The notes below the pieces were generated by a model. That model did no database searches, was not told where the DNA came from, and saw only the letters and a list, made by a program, of their open reading frames with translations. Shown one piece after another: positions 1-9,215 of a stretch of DNA of 32,000 nucleotides. The translations under genes were made by a program, and so were the position numbers. Position 1 is the first letter of the stretch, and each line of letters begins with the position of its first letter. The stretch comes from an archaeon (lineage in GTDB: Archaea > Iainarchaeota > Iainarchaeia > Iainarchaeales > CSSED10-239): contig DAOOUC010000005.1 in assembly GCA_035390665.1 (NCBI GenBank), positions 23,875-55,874 on the forward strand, read 5' to 3'.

Positions 1-2
1 TT

Positions 3-527
3 TTAATTAGTCACGAACATTTTGATGCATTTGATATTGATAACACTAACCTTTTAGTTAAGAAAAATAAGCCAAAAATAATTGCACATCAAAGTGTTTT
101 AAATAAGATTGATGGCTTTGATTCTCTTAAGGTGCCAATTGATGAATATGAGAAAAAAACAATAAATGATGTTTGTTACTATGCACACCCTGCACACCAT
201 CCAACTTCTTTTTATCCATTAAGTTATGTTGTTTCAGATAAAAAAAATAGTGTTTATTTTGCAGGAGATACATTCATGACTAGAGAACACGAAAACATTA
301 AGGCAGATGTTGCAATCTTACCAATCGGCGGAAAAACAACTTTAGACTTAATTAGTGCTGTTAGTGTTGCAAAAAAAATTAGACCAAAATATTTAATTCC
401 AATGCACTACAATACCTTTGATCATATTAAACAAAATCCACTTGCTTTAAAAGAAAAATTTGAAGGCACAAGATATACTATTAAACCTGTAATTCTTGCA
501 CCTGGAAAAGAATGGAACTATAAGTAA
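3..527 (+). CDS. Metal-dependent hydrolase, metallo-beta-lactamase fold (UPF0173-like), 5' end outside window
   Basis: The frame is open from base 3 (LISHEHFDAFDID...), upstream of the track's ATG at 132. It contains a SHEHFDAF motif, 'HPAHHPTSFYPLSYVV', 'VYFAGDTFM', 'AILPIGG' and 'PMHYNTF'. Confidence 0.8.
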   Translation, partial: LISHEHFDAFDIDNTNLLVKKNKPKIIAHQSVLNKIDGFDSLKVPIDEYEKKTINDVCYYAHPAHHPTSFYPLSYVVSDKKNSVYFAGDTFMTREHENIKADVAILPIGGKTTLDLISAVSVAKKIRPKYLIPMHYNTFDHIKQNPLALKEKFEGTRYTIKPVILAPGKEWNYK

Positions 528-1376
528 TTATCTTATTACTTTATCCAATTCATAGAGTGCTTGACCCATATTTCTTTCATTCTTAGTAATCGAAGAACTA
601 ATTAGATTTAAGTTTTCTTTTAATGCCACACGATTCTGTGTTTTCATAAAAGATAACAAACATCTGCTTATAATTCTAGAATGTTGCTCTATATATTCTG
701 GATTTTTTCTAGAAATTAATATATTGTGTTGGCGTATTCCTGATTTAATTGAATAATCTATTATTTCTAGAATTTCTTTTAATTTATTATAATCTATTTT
801 CTTAGAATTATATTTTTTCATTAAATAGACTTTTATCTTGTCGTGTGCTTCACTTAAAGAAGTCATATTTTTGCCATTTATTAATCTTTCTTGACTATTT
901 AAGAATTTGGAAATCTCTGCTCTTTCTTTTGCTAGTCTGGCATTATTTAATGCAACTTCGTTTCTTTTTAATAATTCGTTATGCTTTTTTTTATCTATTA
1001 TTATTCCTTCTTTTGTTTTTAAGGTATTTGTTATAGTATCATTCTCTCTTGCTTGCTTAGTTGCTTCGGTTCTAGCTTTTGTTCTATATTCTAACAATAA
1101 AGCGTCTTTATAGGTGTTTGTTGCCTTTGGCTGATTTAGTAAATGCTCTCTCTGTCTTTCTATTTGCGCAACTCTGTTCCTTTTTTGTTGTAAATCTCTT
1201 TTTTGCTTTTTATTTAATTGTTCGTAATAATTTTTCCAATCTTCTTTATTTGGTAAAGTAACTGTTTCATCTGCAAAAGATAAAACAACTCTTTCGGAAT
1301 TTTTTTTGCTTTTTTCTCTCATTTTTTCTAAAGTTTTTGGAGCAATTCTTTTTGCGGGTCTTTTTGCCATTGCCAT
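528..1376 (-). CDS. Hypothetical Lys/Arg/Gln-rich, probably helical protein
   Basis: 282-aa ORF with a terminator abutting the upstream convergent gene. Charged helical composition; no family recognised. Confidence 0.6.
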   Translation of the reverse strand: MAMAKRPAKRIAPKTLEKMREKSKKNSERVVLSFADETVTLPNKEDWKNYYEQLNKKQKRDLQQKRNRVAQIERQREHLLNQPKATNTYKDALLLEYRTKARTEATKQARENDTITNTLKTKEGIIIDKKKHNELLKRNEVALNNARLAKERAEISKFLNSQERLINGKNMTSLSEAHDKIKVYLMKKYNSKKIDYNKLKEILEIIDYSIKSGIRQHNILISRKNPEYIEQHSRIISRCLLSFMKTQNRVALKENLNLISSSITKNERNMGQALYELDKVIR

Positions 1377-1434
1377 TTTTTCACCAATTTTTAAATTAAT
1401 CTATAAAGATTATAGAAATAAAGATTTATAAAGA

Positions 1435-2376
1435 TTAATTATAATCTTCTATCTCTATTTCTTCAAGTGTTTTTGCAATTTTTATATTTTTATTTTTCTT
1501 TTGTAATTGTTTTTCTCTTTCATCCAAATCTGTATATTTCCCTGACAGATGTGTAAGATATATTGTTTTTATTTTTGCTCTTTTTGCAAATATCGGAATT
1601 TCTTCAGCAACTGCATGTTTTACTATTTTTGCTTTTGCTTTATCTTCTTGAAAGAAAGTGCTTTCGTGTATCAATATATCGGAATCCATAACTTCTTTTG
1701 GAACTTTCTTTAAAACTTCTGTATCACATAAATAGGCTATTTTTTTTCCAATCTTTTTATATTTATAATCCATAACTTCTTCTGGTTTTATTGTTTTACC
1801 ATTTAATTTTATTGACTTGCCTTTTTGAAGTGCAGAAAATAATGGCCCTTCTGGTATCTTTAATTTAAGTGCTTTTGCTTTATTGAATTTTCCAATCTTA
1901 TCTTTTATTTTAAAGATATAGCCGTTTGCTTTTATGTTATGGTCTAATGGAGTTGTTTCAACAACAATTTCTGAATTTTCAAAAATTTTACCTGTACTAA
2001 CTTCTTTAATATTTATTTTATACCCTAGTGGATGCTTATGATTTCTAACCAAAGTCAAATTGATTAATTCTTCTATGTCTTTTTTATACCCCTTTGGAAC
2101 AAATATATTAAGTTCAGTTGTTCTATTATTAAGTTTAAAACTAGAGAGAAGACCAAATAAACCAAAATAATGATCTCCATGCAAATGTGTTATAAAGATA
2201 TTATTAACTCTCATTGCACTAAAATTAGACTTCATTATTTGTTGTTGTGTGTTTTCTGGGCAATCAAATAAATAGCCTTGGCCATTATAATTTATTAAAA
2301 GGCTTGTTAGATTTCTTAAAGATGTTGGTGCTGATGCACAGTTTCCTAAAAATACAATTTTTATTTTATTAGACAT
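1435..2376 (-). CDS. rnz: Ribonuclease Z (tRNA 3' processing endonuclease)
   Basis: FLGNCASAPTSLRNLTSLLI...FDCPENTQQQI...ITHLHGDHYFGLFGLL...LCDTE...HESTF. The track start is 2409; the internal ATG at 2376 (MSNKIKIVFLG) fits the family N-terminus better. Confidence 0.85.
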   Translation of the reverse strand: MSNKIKIVFLGNCASAPTSLRNLTSLLINYNGQGYLFDCPENTQQQIMKSNFSAMRVNNIFITHLHGDHYFGLFGLLSSFKLNNRTTELNIFVPKGYKKDIEELINLTLVRNHKHPLGYKINIKEVSTGKIFENSEIVVETTPLDHNIKANGYIFKIKDKIGKFNKAKALKLKIPEGPLFSALQKGKSIKLNGKTIKPEEVMDYKYKKIGKKIAYLCDTEVLKKVPKEVMDSDILIHESTFFQEDKAKAKIVKHAVAEEIPIFAKRAKIKTIYLTHLSGKYTDLDEREKQLQKKNKNIKIAKTLEEIEIEDYN

Positions 2377-2414
2377 AAATATTATGTACACAAATATGTT
2401 TTTAATCAAATTGG

Positions 2415-2432
2415 AACATATATTATATACTA
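2415..2432 (+). promoter_or_regulatory. Candidate TATA box upstream of lonB
   Basis: AT-only stretch 'acatatattatatac' about 30 nt before the ATG at 2459, compatible with a short-leader archaeal promoter. Confidence 0.35.
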
Positions 2433-2458
2433 AGTTCTAATTAAAGTGGGTTATTTTT

Positions 2459-4390
2459 ATGATTAAAAAAACAATTAAAAAAGAAATAAAAGAAAAAAAA
2501 ATAGAAGCAAATACTGATGTTAAAGAGCTTATCTATAATGATACAAGCGAAATCGAAGTTCCAAAAAGAATGATAGATCAAGTAATTGGACAAGATTCTG
2601 CAATAAACCTTATAAAAAAAGTTGCTCAACAAAAAAGACACATAATGCTTATTGGTGCTCCAGGCACAGGTAAATCAATGATTGCTTCTGCTCTTGCAGA
2701 AATGCTTCCAACAAATAAACTAACAGATATTTTAAGTTATCCAAATGCAGAAGATAGTCACACGCCAATAATTAAAGAAGTGCCAGCCGGAGATGGGAAA
2801 AAAATAATAGACGAGTCAAAACTAGAAGCCGCAAGACAAATGAGTGCAGGTAAAATTATTGGTTTTTTCTTACCAACATTATGGTTAATTATCTCTATTG
2901 TGTTTTGGAGACTAGGATGGGTTCCTGATGTTGTTTTTGCAGCAATGCTTTTACTTTCAGGATTTTTAATGGTTTCAACTGCTCTTAGTGTACAAATGAT
3001 GAGTAAAGAGAAAGCATTAATTCCAAAGACAATTATTGATAACTCCAATAGAAAAGAAGTTCCATTCGTTGATGCAACGGGCGCTAAAGCCGGTGCACTT
3101 TTAGGAGATGTATTACACGATCCATTACAGTCTGGAGGACTTGGAACTCCGCCACATTATAGAGTTGTTCCTGGTATGATACACAAAGCCAACGGCGGAG
3201 TGTTATTTATTGATGAAATATCTGCATTATCTCCAAAATCCCAACAAGACCTTTTAACAATATTACAAGAAAAGAAATTTAGTATTACTGGACAATCAGA
3301 AATGTCAAGTGGTGCAATGGTTAGAACAACTCCTGCTCCTTGTGATTTTATATTAATTGCTGCGGGAAACTATAATGATCTTGAAAAGGTACATCCTGCT
3401 ATTAGATCAAGGATTAGAGGTTCAGGGTATGAATGCCATATGAATATTGATATGCCTGATACAGTAGAAAACAGAAACAAAATTATTCAATTTACTGCTC
3501 AAGAAATAGCAAAAGACAAGAAGATTCCACACTTTAGTAAAGAAGCAGTTGATGAAATAATATTTGAAGCAAGAAAAAAAGCCACAAGAAAAAATAGCCT
3601 TACACTTAAATTAAGAGAGCTTGGTGGGCTTATTAGAGCTGCTGGAGACTTAGCAATTGAAGAAAATAAAAAGATAGTAACAAGAGATATTGTTTTAAGA
3701 GCAAAAACTCCGGCTAAAACTTTAGAAGAACAAATGGTCAACAAGATGATGATTGTTAAGAAAGACTATGATATCTTTAAAACAACAGGGACTGCTGTTG
3801 GTAGAGTTAATGGCCTTGCTGTCATGAACGAGAGCGACGCTGGACTATTATTACCAATTGAATGTGAAATAACTCCTGCATCATCTAAAAATGAAGGCAA
3901 AATTATTGCTACAGGACAACTTGGAAGTATTGCAAAAGAATCTGTTGAGAATGTTTCTGCAATAATTAAGAAATTAACTGGAAAAGACATTTCCAATTAC
4001 GATATACATGTACAATTTCTTCAAACATACAATGTTGAGGGCGATTCTGCCTCAATATCAATTGCAACAGCAATTATTTCTGTTCTAGAAGACATACCAA
4101 TTAAGCAAGATATAGCAATGACAGGTTCTCTTTCAATTAGAGGAGAAGTATTACCAATTGGTGGAGTTACAGCTAAAGTCAATGCAGCAAAAAGAGCAAA
4201 AATTAAAAAAGTAATAATTCCTGAATCTAATAAAGAAGATTTGGTTTTAGCTCCTGAGGTTGCAAAAGACTTAGAAATCATTCCAGTAAAAACTATCTGG
4301 GAAGTAATACTTCACGCTTTCAAAGACACAACAAAAAAAGAAAATCTAATACAAAGAATAAATAAGACTTATGCTTTAAGATTAGCATAA
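2459..4390 (+). CDS. lonB: ATP-dependent protease LonB, membrane-anchored archaeal Lon
   Basis: Walker A GAPGTGKS, transmembrane segments between Walker A and B ([19 protein letters not shown]), Walker B GGVLFIDE, and catalytic region EGDSASIS with [13 protein letters not shown]. Confidence 0.95.
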   Translation: MIKKTIKKEIKEKKIEANTDVKELIYNDTSEIEVPKRMIDQVIGQDSAINLIKKVAQQKRHIMLIGAPGTGKSMIASALAEMLPTNKLTDILSYPNAEDSHTPIIKEVPAGDGKKIIDESKLEAARQMSAGKIIGFFLPTLWLIISIVFWRLGWVPDVVFAAMLLLSGFLMVSTALSVQMMSKEKALIPKTIIDNSNRKEVPFVDATGAKAGALLGDVLHDPLQSGGLGTPPHYRVVPGMIHKANGGVLFIDEISALSPKSQQDLLTILQEKKFSITGQSEMSSGAMVRTTPAPCDFILIAAGNYNDLEKVHPAIRSRIRGSGYECHMNIDMPDTVENRNKIIQFTAQEIAKDKKIPHFSKEAVDEIIFEARKKATRKNSLTLKLRELGGLIRAAGDLAIEENKKIVTRDIVLRAKTPAKTLEEQMVNKMMIVKKDYDIFKTTGTAVGRVNGLAVMNESDAGLLLPIECEITPASSKNEGKIIATGQLGSIAKESVENVSAIIKKLTGKDISNYDIHVQFLQTYNVEGDSASISIATAIISVLEDIPIKQDIAMTGSLSIRGEVLPIGGVTAKVNAAKRAKIKKVIIPESNKEDLVLAPEVAKDLEIIPVKTIWEVILHAFKDTTKKENLIQRINKTYALRLA

Positions 4391-4403
4391 GTTATTTATT
4401 TAA

Positions 4404-4907
4404 TTATTTTAAAATGTGTCTTAGTTTTGGTCTAACAATAACTTTGTCTCTTGTACCACTGCTTTCTAATTTGTATTTTCTGCCATTTGAAATAATTTGA
4501 TTTATAACTCTTGTCCCTTTTTCGCTAACCATCCCAAACTGGGTAAATCCTTGTTCTGCTAGATTATCGTATGCCTTTCTTATAAAAATTTTTCCATGAC
4601 CGTTCTTTTGGTATTCTTTTTTTATGGCAATCATACTAACTGTAAACTCATTTTTCTCAAATGGGGCCTTGTAACCATAAATAACACCTATTGGCTTTTT
4701 ATCTAAATAATAAAAAAAAATCTGATTTTTACCTTTCGCATTTTTCATAAAATATTCATAGACATCATTCGGTTTTAATATTAACCCAAATATTCCTGAA
4801 GAATTTTGTATATCTATTAGGGTTTTAAGAAAATTTGGATGTTTAATTACAAATTGATGAAATTCATTTTTGTTTTTGAAATTAAAACGTTTTAATGATT
4901 CCATCAA
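4404..4907 (-). CDS. GNAT-family N-acetyltransferase
   Basis: C-terminal half has GNAT-like 'FTVSMIAIKKEYQKNGHGKIFIRKAYDNLAEQGFTQFGMVSE'. Confidence 0.7.
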   Translation of the reverse strand: MMESLKRFNFKNKNEFHQFVIKHPNFLKTLIDIQNSSGIFGLILKPNDVYEYFMKNAKGKNQIFFYYLDKKPIGVIYGYKAPFEKNEFTVSMIAIKKEYQKNGHGKIFIRKAYDNLAEQGFTQFGMVSEKGTRVINQIISNGRKYKLESSGTRDKVIVRPKLRHILK

Positions 4908-4917
4908 GTTGCCTCAT

Positions 4918-5637
4918 TTATATTAACATAGAACTTAAATAAAACTTAATTGTACATTCTTTACTTAGATTATATTCTAAATAGATTGGAATGTCTTCTC
5001 CTAGTTTTATTATCAAATCTTTGTCGTTGTCCATTGCTTTTGTAATATTGTTTAAAAATGCTAAAGAATACTTTACTGCAAAATTTTTCTTAGATTTTAC
5101 TTTTATTTCTGAAAGTGTTGTTTTAATGTTTCCTTTGTCTCCATTTGCTTCTATTATTAGTCTGCTATCTTGTATTTTAAAAACAAGGGTTGTTGCAACA
5201 AGACTTACATCTTTTAGAATTTCTTTTAATAGCCCTGCATTTATATTAAAATCAACCTCGTATTTTAATTCAGGAAGATTAATATCTTGCTCTGAAAGAT
5301 CCATAAACTGTAAATGAAACTTTCTTTCAAGTCTTCCAGATAATAACACATCTATTCCTTGATCTTTTAAGTTTAAGGACAATTTGTCTCCTTCAAAACT
5401 TCTAGAAATCATATTTTTTAGTTCTTGAATATTTAGACCAACAAGAGTTGGTTCTATTGCATACCCACTATCAAATGCTTTCTTAGAAATATAGAAATCA
5501 ACTAAAAGTATTTGTGTCTTGTCAATAGCTTTAATGTATATTCCATCATCCTTAAATCTAACATTTGTTTCAGGGATGATTGGTGTTATTGTTTCTAAAC
5601 ATTTTTTAAATAAAGACACATTTTTTGTTGATATCAT
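4918..5637 (-). CDS. pcn: DNA polymerase sliding clamp (PCNA)
   Basis: 239 aa. 'VRFKDDGIYIKAIDKTQILLVDFYI', 'LLKEILKDVSLVATTLVFKI' and 'YSLAFLNNITKA' match the archaeal/eukaryotic PCNA layout. Confidence 0.9.
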   Translation of the reverse strand: MISTKNVSLFKKCLETITPIIPETNVRFKDDGIYIKAIDKTQILLVDFYISKKAFDSGYAIEPTLVGLNIQELKNMISRSFEGDKLSLNLKDQGIDVLLSGRLERKFHLQFMDLSEQDINLPELKYEVDFNINAGLLKEILKDVSLVATTLVFKIQDSRLIIEANGDKGNIKTTLSEIKVKSKKNFAVKYSLAFLNNITKAMDNDKDLIIKLGEDIPIYLEYNLSKECTIKFYLSSMLI

Positions 5638-5787
5638 AATTATTCACATTTTTTAATTAAACAAATAAAATAAAACAACAAATGATTTAAAAAGCTAATT
5701 ACTGATGTTTTGAAATAATATATTTAAAAGCTCTATTGTCTTAGATATTATTGTTTCGACAAACAATTTTTTAATTTGTGATAAAAT

Positions 5788-6207
5788 ATGCCACATAAGA
5801 TTAGTCTATTAGACTTAGTTACTTCTGAAATCGTTGGCCCTTCTAGTTCTCATACTGCCGGCGCCATGAGAATAGGACTTAATGTTTATAAGAAAGTTAA
5901 AGATATTTCTAAAGTTAAAATAATACTCTATAATTCTTTAGCAGACACAGGAGATGCACACATGACTAAAAGCGCACTTGTTGCTGGACTTTTGGGATTT
6001 AAAGAAACAGACCCGAGAATTCCATTCTCTTTTGAATATGCTGAAAATTTAGGAATAAAGATTGAATGGCACCACAACATTAATGAAAAATATCACCCAA
6101 ATACCGTTTTTTTTGCTGTAACTGATAAAAATCAGAAAATAAAATACTTTAGTGGAACTTCTATTGGTGGAGGAAGAATAAAATTCAAAGAGGTTGCTTC
6201 ATTATGA
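5788..6207 (+). CDS. sdaAB: L-serine dehydratase, iron-sulfur-dependent, beta subunit (ACT-less)
   Basis: 'SLLDLVTSEIVGPSSSHTAGAMRIG' and 'GTSIGGGRIKFKEV'. ATGA overlap with the alpha-subunit ORF. Confidence 0.88.
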   Translation: MPHKISLLDLVTSEIVGPSSSHTAGAMRIGLNVYKKVKDISKVKIILYNSLADTGDAHMTKSALVAGLLGFKETDPRIPFSFEYAENLGIKIEWHHNINEKYHPNTVFFAVTDKNQKIKYFSGTSIGGGRIKFKEVASL

Positions 6208-7157
6208 CTGAATATATCTTAAGAGACTTTGTAACAAAGGCAAAAACACAAAAAACTACAATTGCTGAAATTGTTAAACAATATGAAAAAGAAAACTTCA
6301 AAAGAACAGATAAAGAGATGGTTAATAAATTAAATAATTCAATTAAAACATTTTATACAGGAGTTAATACTGGACTAAAAGGAAACTACAAATTCAAGAA
6401 CCTTATGTTCTCCTCAGACTCAATGAAACTTAATAATAAAAAAACAAGAATCTTAGGAAATACCTTACATAAGGCTTGCGTATATGCCTTAGCAATAACA
6501 GAAAATAATCTTAATATGGGAACAGTTATTGCTTGCCCAACTGCAGGTTCATCAGGTATTGTGCCAGGGTGTATCTTGGCTGTTGCTCAAGATTATGGCT
6601 GTTCAGAAAAAGATATACAAAATGCTTTACTTACAGCTTCAGCAATTGAACTTTCAATAATAAAGAACGCATCAATCTCTGGAGCTGCTCACGGTTGTCA
6701 AGGAGAGTGCGGCTCAGCAACTGCAATGGCTGCTGGAGCTATTATTCATCTTCTTTACAAAGATAACACAAATCCTGAAATGGTAGAAAATGCTGCAGCT
6801 CTTGCCTTAAAAAATATGCTTGGGCTTGTTTGTGATCCTGTGGCCGGAGTTGTTTCAGTTCCATGTAGAAAAAGAAATGCAACAAGTATTGGTATAGCTT
6901 TTGTTGCTGCACAAATGGCTCTTTCTGGAATTAAGTCTTATATTCCATTTGATGAAGTTGCTAGTGCAATGGATGAAATTGGAAGAAGAATGGACGATGA
7001 ACTTAAAGAAACTGCTAGAGGCGGGCTTGCAAAAACAAAGACTGGAAAGAAATGGGAGACTAAAAAAGCAAAACTATTAGAAGAAGCAGAAAAGAATAAA
7101 CAAAGCTTTGCAGATATTTTAAAGTCCAAAAAAGAAGCAGATAAAACAATTCAATAA
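6204..7157 (+). CDS. sdaAA: L-serine dehydratase, iron-sulfur-dependent, alpha subunit
   Basis: 'ACPTAGSSGIVPGCI', 'SGAAHGCQGECGSATAMAAGA' and 'CDPVAGVVSVPC' give the expected conserved cysteine set. Confidence 0.92.
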   Translation: MTEYILRDFVTKAKTQKTTIAEIVKQYEKENFKRTDKEMVNKLNNSIKTFYTGVNTGLKGNYKFKNLMFSSDSMKLNNKKTRILGNTLHKACVYALAITENNLNMGTVIACPTAGSSGIVPGCILAVAQDYGCSEKDIQNALLTASAIELSIIKNASISGAAHGCQGECGSATAMAAGAIIHLLYKDNTNPEMVENAAALALKNMLGLVCDPVAGVVSVPCRKRNATSIGIAFVAAQMALSGIKSYIPFDEVASAMDEIGRRMDDELKETARGGLAKTKTGKKWETKKAKLLEEAEKNKQSFADILKSKKEADKTIQ

Positions 7158-7193
7158 ATTGTATTTTAATACTTATCTCTAATATATTATATT

Positions 7194-8429
7194 ATGAAGA
7201 GCTTTTTTGATAAATATACTCCTAAATCTCTTGATGAAATTGTTGGAAATAAAAAAGCAATTGAAGAGATTAAAGAATGGAGTAAAGAACATAAAAAACC
7301 TTTATTTATTTATGGCTCTCCTGGTATTGGTAAAACTTTAACCGCTAATCTCTTAGCTAAAGAGCTTGGTTGGGCGATATTAAATACAGATGCATCTGAC
7401 TTAAGAGACAAAGATGCTATAAAAAGCTTGTTTAGTGTGGCTTGTACAAGTAATACTCTTTTTTCTAAGACTAGACTTATTATTGTTGATGAAATTGATT
7501 CTATTGCAGACAAAAGAGGAGGAGAAGACTATGGTTTCTTTTCTGAGTTTGAAAAGATTATTGAAAAATCAATTCAACCAATTGTCTTTATTGCTAACGA
7601 CCCTTATGAAAATAAAAAAATTAGGCCTTTGTTTGAGAAATGTCAACAAGTTAAGTTTGATCTTCCTTACAAGCAATCAATATTAAAATTTGCAAAAGAT
7701 ATTTGTGAGAAAGAAGGAATTGAATACGATGTTGTTTCTCTAAACGCAATTGTTGAAAACTGTGCTAACGATATTAGAGCATTAATGATTGATATCTATA
7801 CTCTTTCTTTTGATAAAAAAATAACTTTAGAAGATACAGAATCACTTGGAGATAGAAAGAAAAACGAAGATGTGTTTAAGGGATTACAAAAAATATTCTA
7901 TCCTAAAGATTTCTATGAAACAAGAAATGTTATTGATACTCTTGGGATTGATTGGGATCTTTTATTTGCATGGATTGAAGAAAATACCCCTAGACAATAT
8001 AGAAACCCTAATAATCTTTCAAGAGCTTTTGAAAACTTAAGTAAAGCTGATATTAGTAATGCAAGAATTAGAGGAAATAACTGGGTAATGCTTAAATATG
8101 TTTTTGATTATTTAACTGTTGGTGTTGCTTATTCTAAAAAAGAAAGAGAACAAAGTGGCACTTATACTCCTTTTCAATTTCCAAGAGTTCTAAGAATGTT
8201 TACAACAAAAGAAAAGAACTTACAAAAAGCAGTTGTTGAAAAAATTAAGCAGAAAACACACTGTTCTAAAAGAATAGTTCTAAGAGACTATCTTCCTTTC
8301 TTTTTTATTATTGCAAAAACAAACAAATGCACTAAAGAATTAATCACCTACTTTGATTTAACACACGAAGAAATTAAATACCTTGGTGCAAAGATTACTG
8401 AGAAACAATTTGAAAAATTAATGGAATAG
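7194..8429 (+). CDS. rfcL: Replication factor C large subunit
   Basis: 'FFDKYTPKSLDEIVGNKKAIEEI', Walker A 'GSPGIGKT', Walker B 'LIIVDEIDS' and 'NCANDIRALM'. Confidence 0.93.
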   Translation: MKSFFDKYTPKSLDEIVGNKKAIEEIKEWSKEHKKPLFIYGSPGIGKTLTANLLAKELGWAILNTDASDLRDKDAIKSLFSVACTSNTLFSKTRLIIVDEIDSIADKRGGEDYGFFSEFEKIIEKSIQPIVFIANDPYENKKIRPLFEKCQQVKFDLPYKQSILKFAKDICEKEGIEYDVVSLNAIVENCANDIRALMIDIYTLSFDKKITLEDTESLGDRKKNEDVFKGLQKIFYPKDFYETRNVIDTLGIDWDLLFAWIEENTPRQYRNPNNLSRAFENLSKADISNARIRGNNWVMLKYVFDYLTVGVAYSKKEREQSGTYTPFQFPRVLRMFTTKEKNLQKAVVEKIKQKTHCSKRIVLRDYLPFFFIIAKTNKCTKELITYFDLTHEEIKYLGAKITEKQFEKLME

Positions 8430-8432
8430 ATT

Positions 8433-9209
8433 ATGCCAATCAAACCCAGAAAAAGACCAATTAAAGTAGTTGAAGAAACAATAAGTAAAAATCCTCATCT
8501 TGAACACAGTTTTATAAAAAGAAGTAGATGTGAAATAGAAGACGTAACTAGAGATAATACACCTACTGAAACATATTTTGACAAAAAAAAAATGATAGAA
8601 TATGAATTAAAGACCTTAATTATGGGCGGATCACTTTACACAATACACACGCATCCAAAAACAAATATTTTAGATATGCTTCCAAGTATTATCGACATCG
8701 TTCCTTCTGAGCGATCAAATGTAATTTATGTTCACGAAGGTAAAAAAATTGGGGGGCAAGTGCATTTTAATTTAAAAAAAAAAGCACGCAGTTCTTTTGA
8801 AAATTTTACAAAAAAAATTAATAAAACAAGGAATCAATTGAGAGAACTTGGAATTGGTGGAAGAAATCATGTTGCTTCTGAAGTACAAAAACATTTTGAA
8901 CACGAGGCGTATAGAGTTGATTTAGTAAATGAATTATTAAGTAGAGAAACTGGGCGAAATTATTTTAAGGGACAGAAAGCCACTCTTCAATCAACAAGAT
9001 ATAATTCTGAATTTATGGATTTCTGTTTAAGAAACAGATTATTTAATCCAGATGAAATTATTAATTATTTCAAATATAAACATTTGTTTTTTGATAATAA
9101 AAAAACAATGGAAATGTATGAGTTGCTGGGAATACAATTTAGATTTGTACCTAATAAATATAGAGGATACAGATTTGATCCTAAAACTGTTGATTTTATA
9201 AAAAAGTGA
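8433..9209 (+). CDS. Uncharacterised protein with possible JAMM/JAB-like metalloprotease core
   Basis: 'YTIHTHPKTNILDMLPSIIDI' resembles HxH...SxxD. The ORF sits 3 nt after rfcL and is probably co-transcribed with it. Confidence 0.45.
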   Translation: MPIKPRKRPIKVVEETISKNPHLEHSFIKRSRCEIEDVTRDNTPTETYFDKKKMIEYELKTLIMGGSLYTIHTHPKTNILDMLPSIIDIVPSERSNVIYVHEGKKIGGQVHFNLKKKARSSFENFTKKINKTRNQLRELGIGGRNHVASEVQKHFEHEAYRVDLVNELLSRETGRNYFKGQKATLQSTRYNSEFMDFCLRNRLFNPDEIINYFKYKHLFFDNKKTMEMYELLGIQFRFVPNKYRGYRFDPKTVDFIKK

Positions 9210-9215
9210 TGAGAT

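Noticed and set aside
845-1261. Three plus-strand ORFs (845-1036, 907-1113, 1079-1261)
   Set aside because: They lie antisense within the 528-1376 ORF, have low-complexity Leu/Phe-rich translations and show no start-site context. They look like shadow ORFs of an AT-rich coding strand.
2441-4281. Minus-strand ORFs at 2441-2641, 2758-3048, 3499-3744, 3766-3996 and 4021-4281
   Set aside because: They are antisense to the well-supported lonB gene; their translations have no motifs and reflect complementary codon bias.
4991-5317. Plus-strand ORF of 108 aa
   Set aside because: Antisense within PCNA with a Ser/Leu-rich shadow translation.
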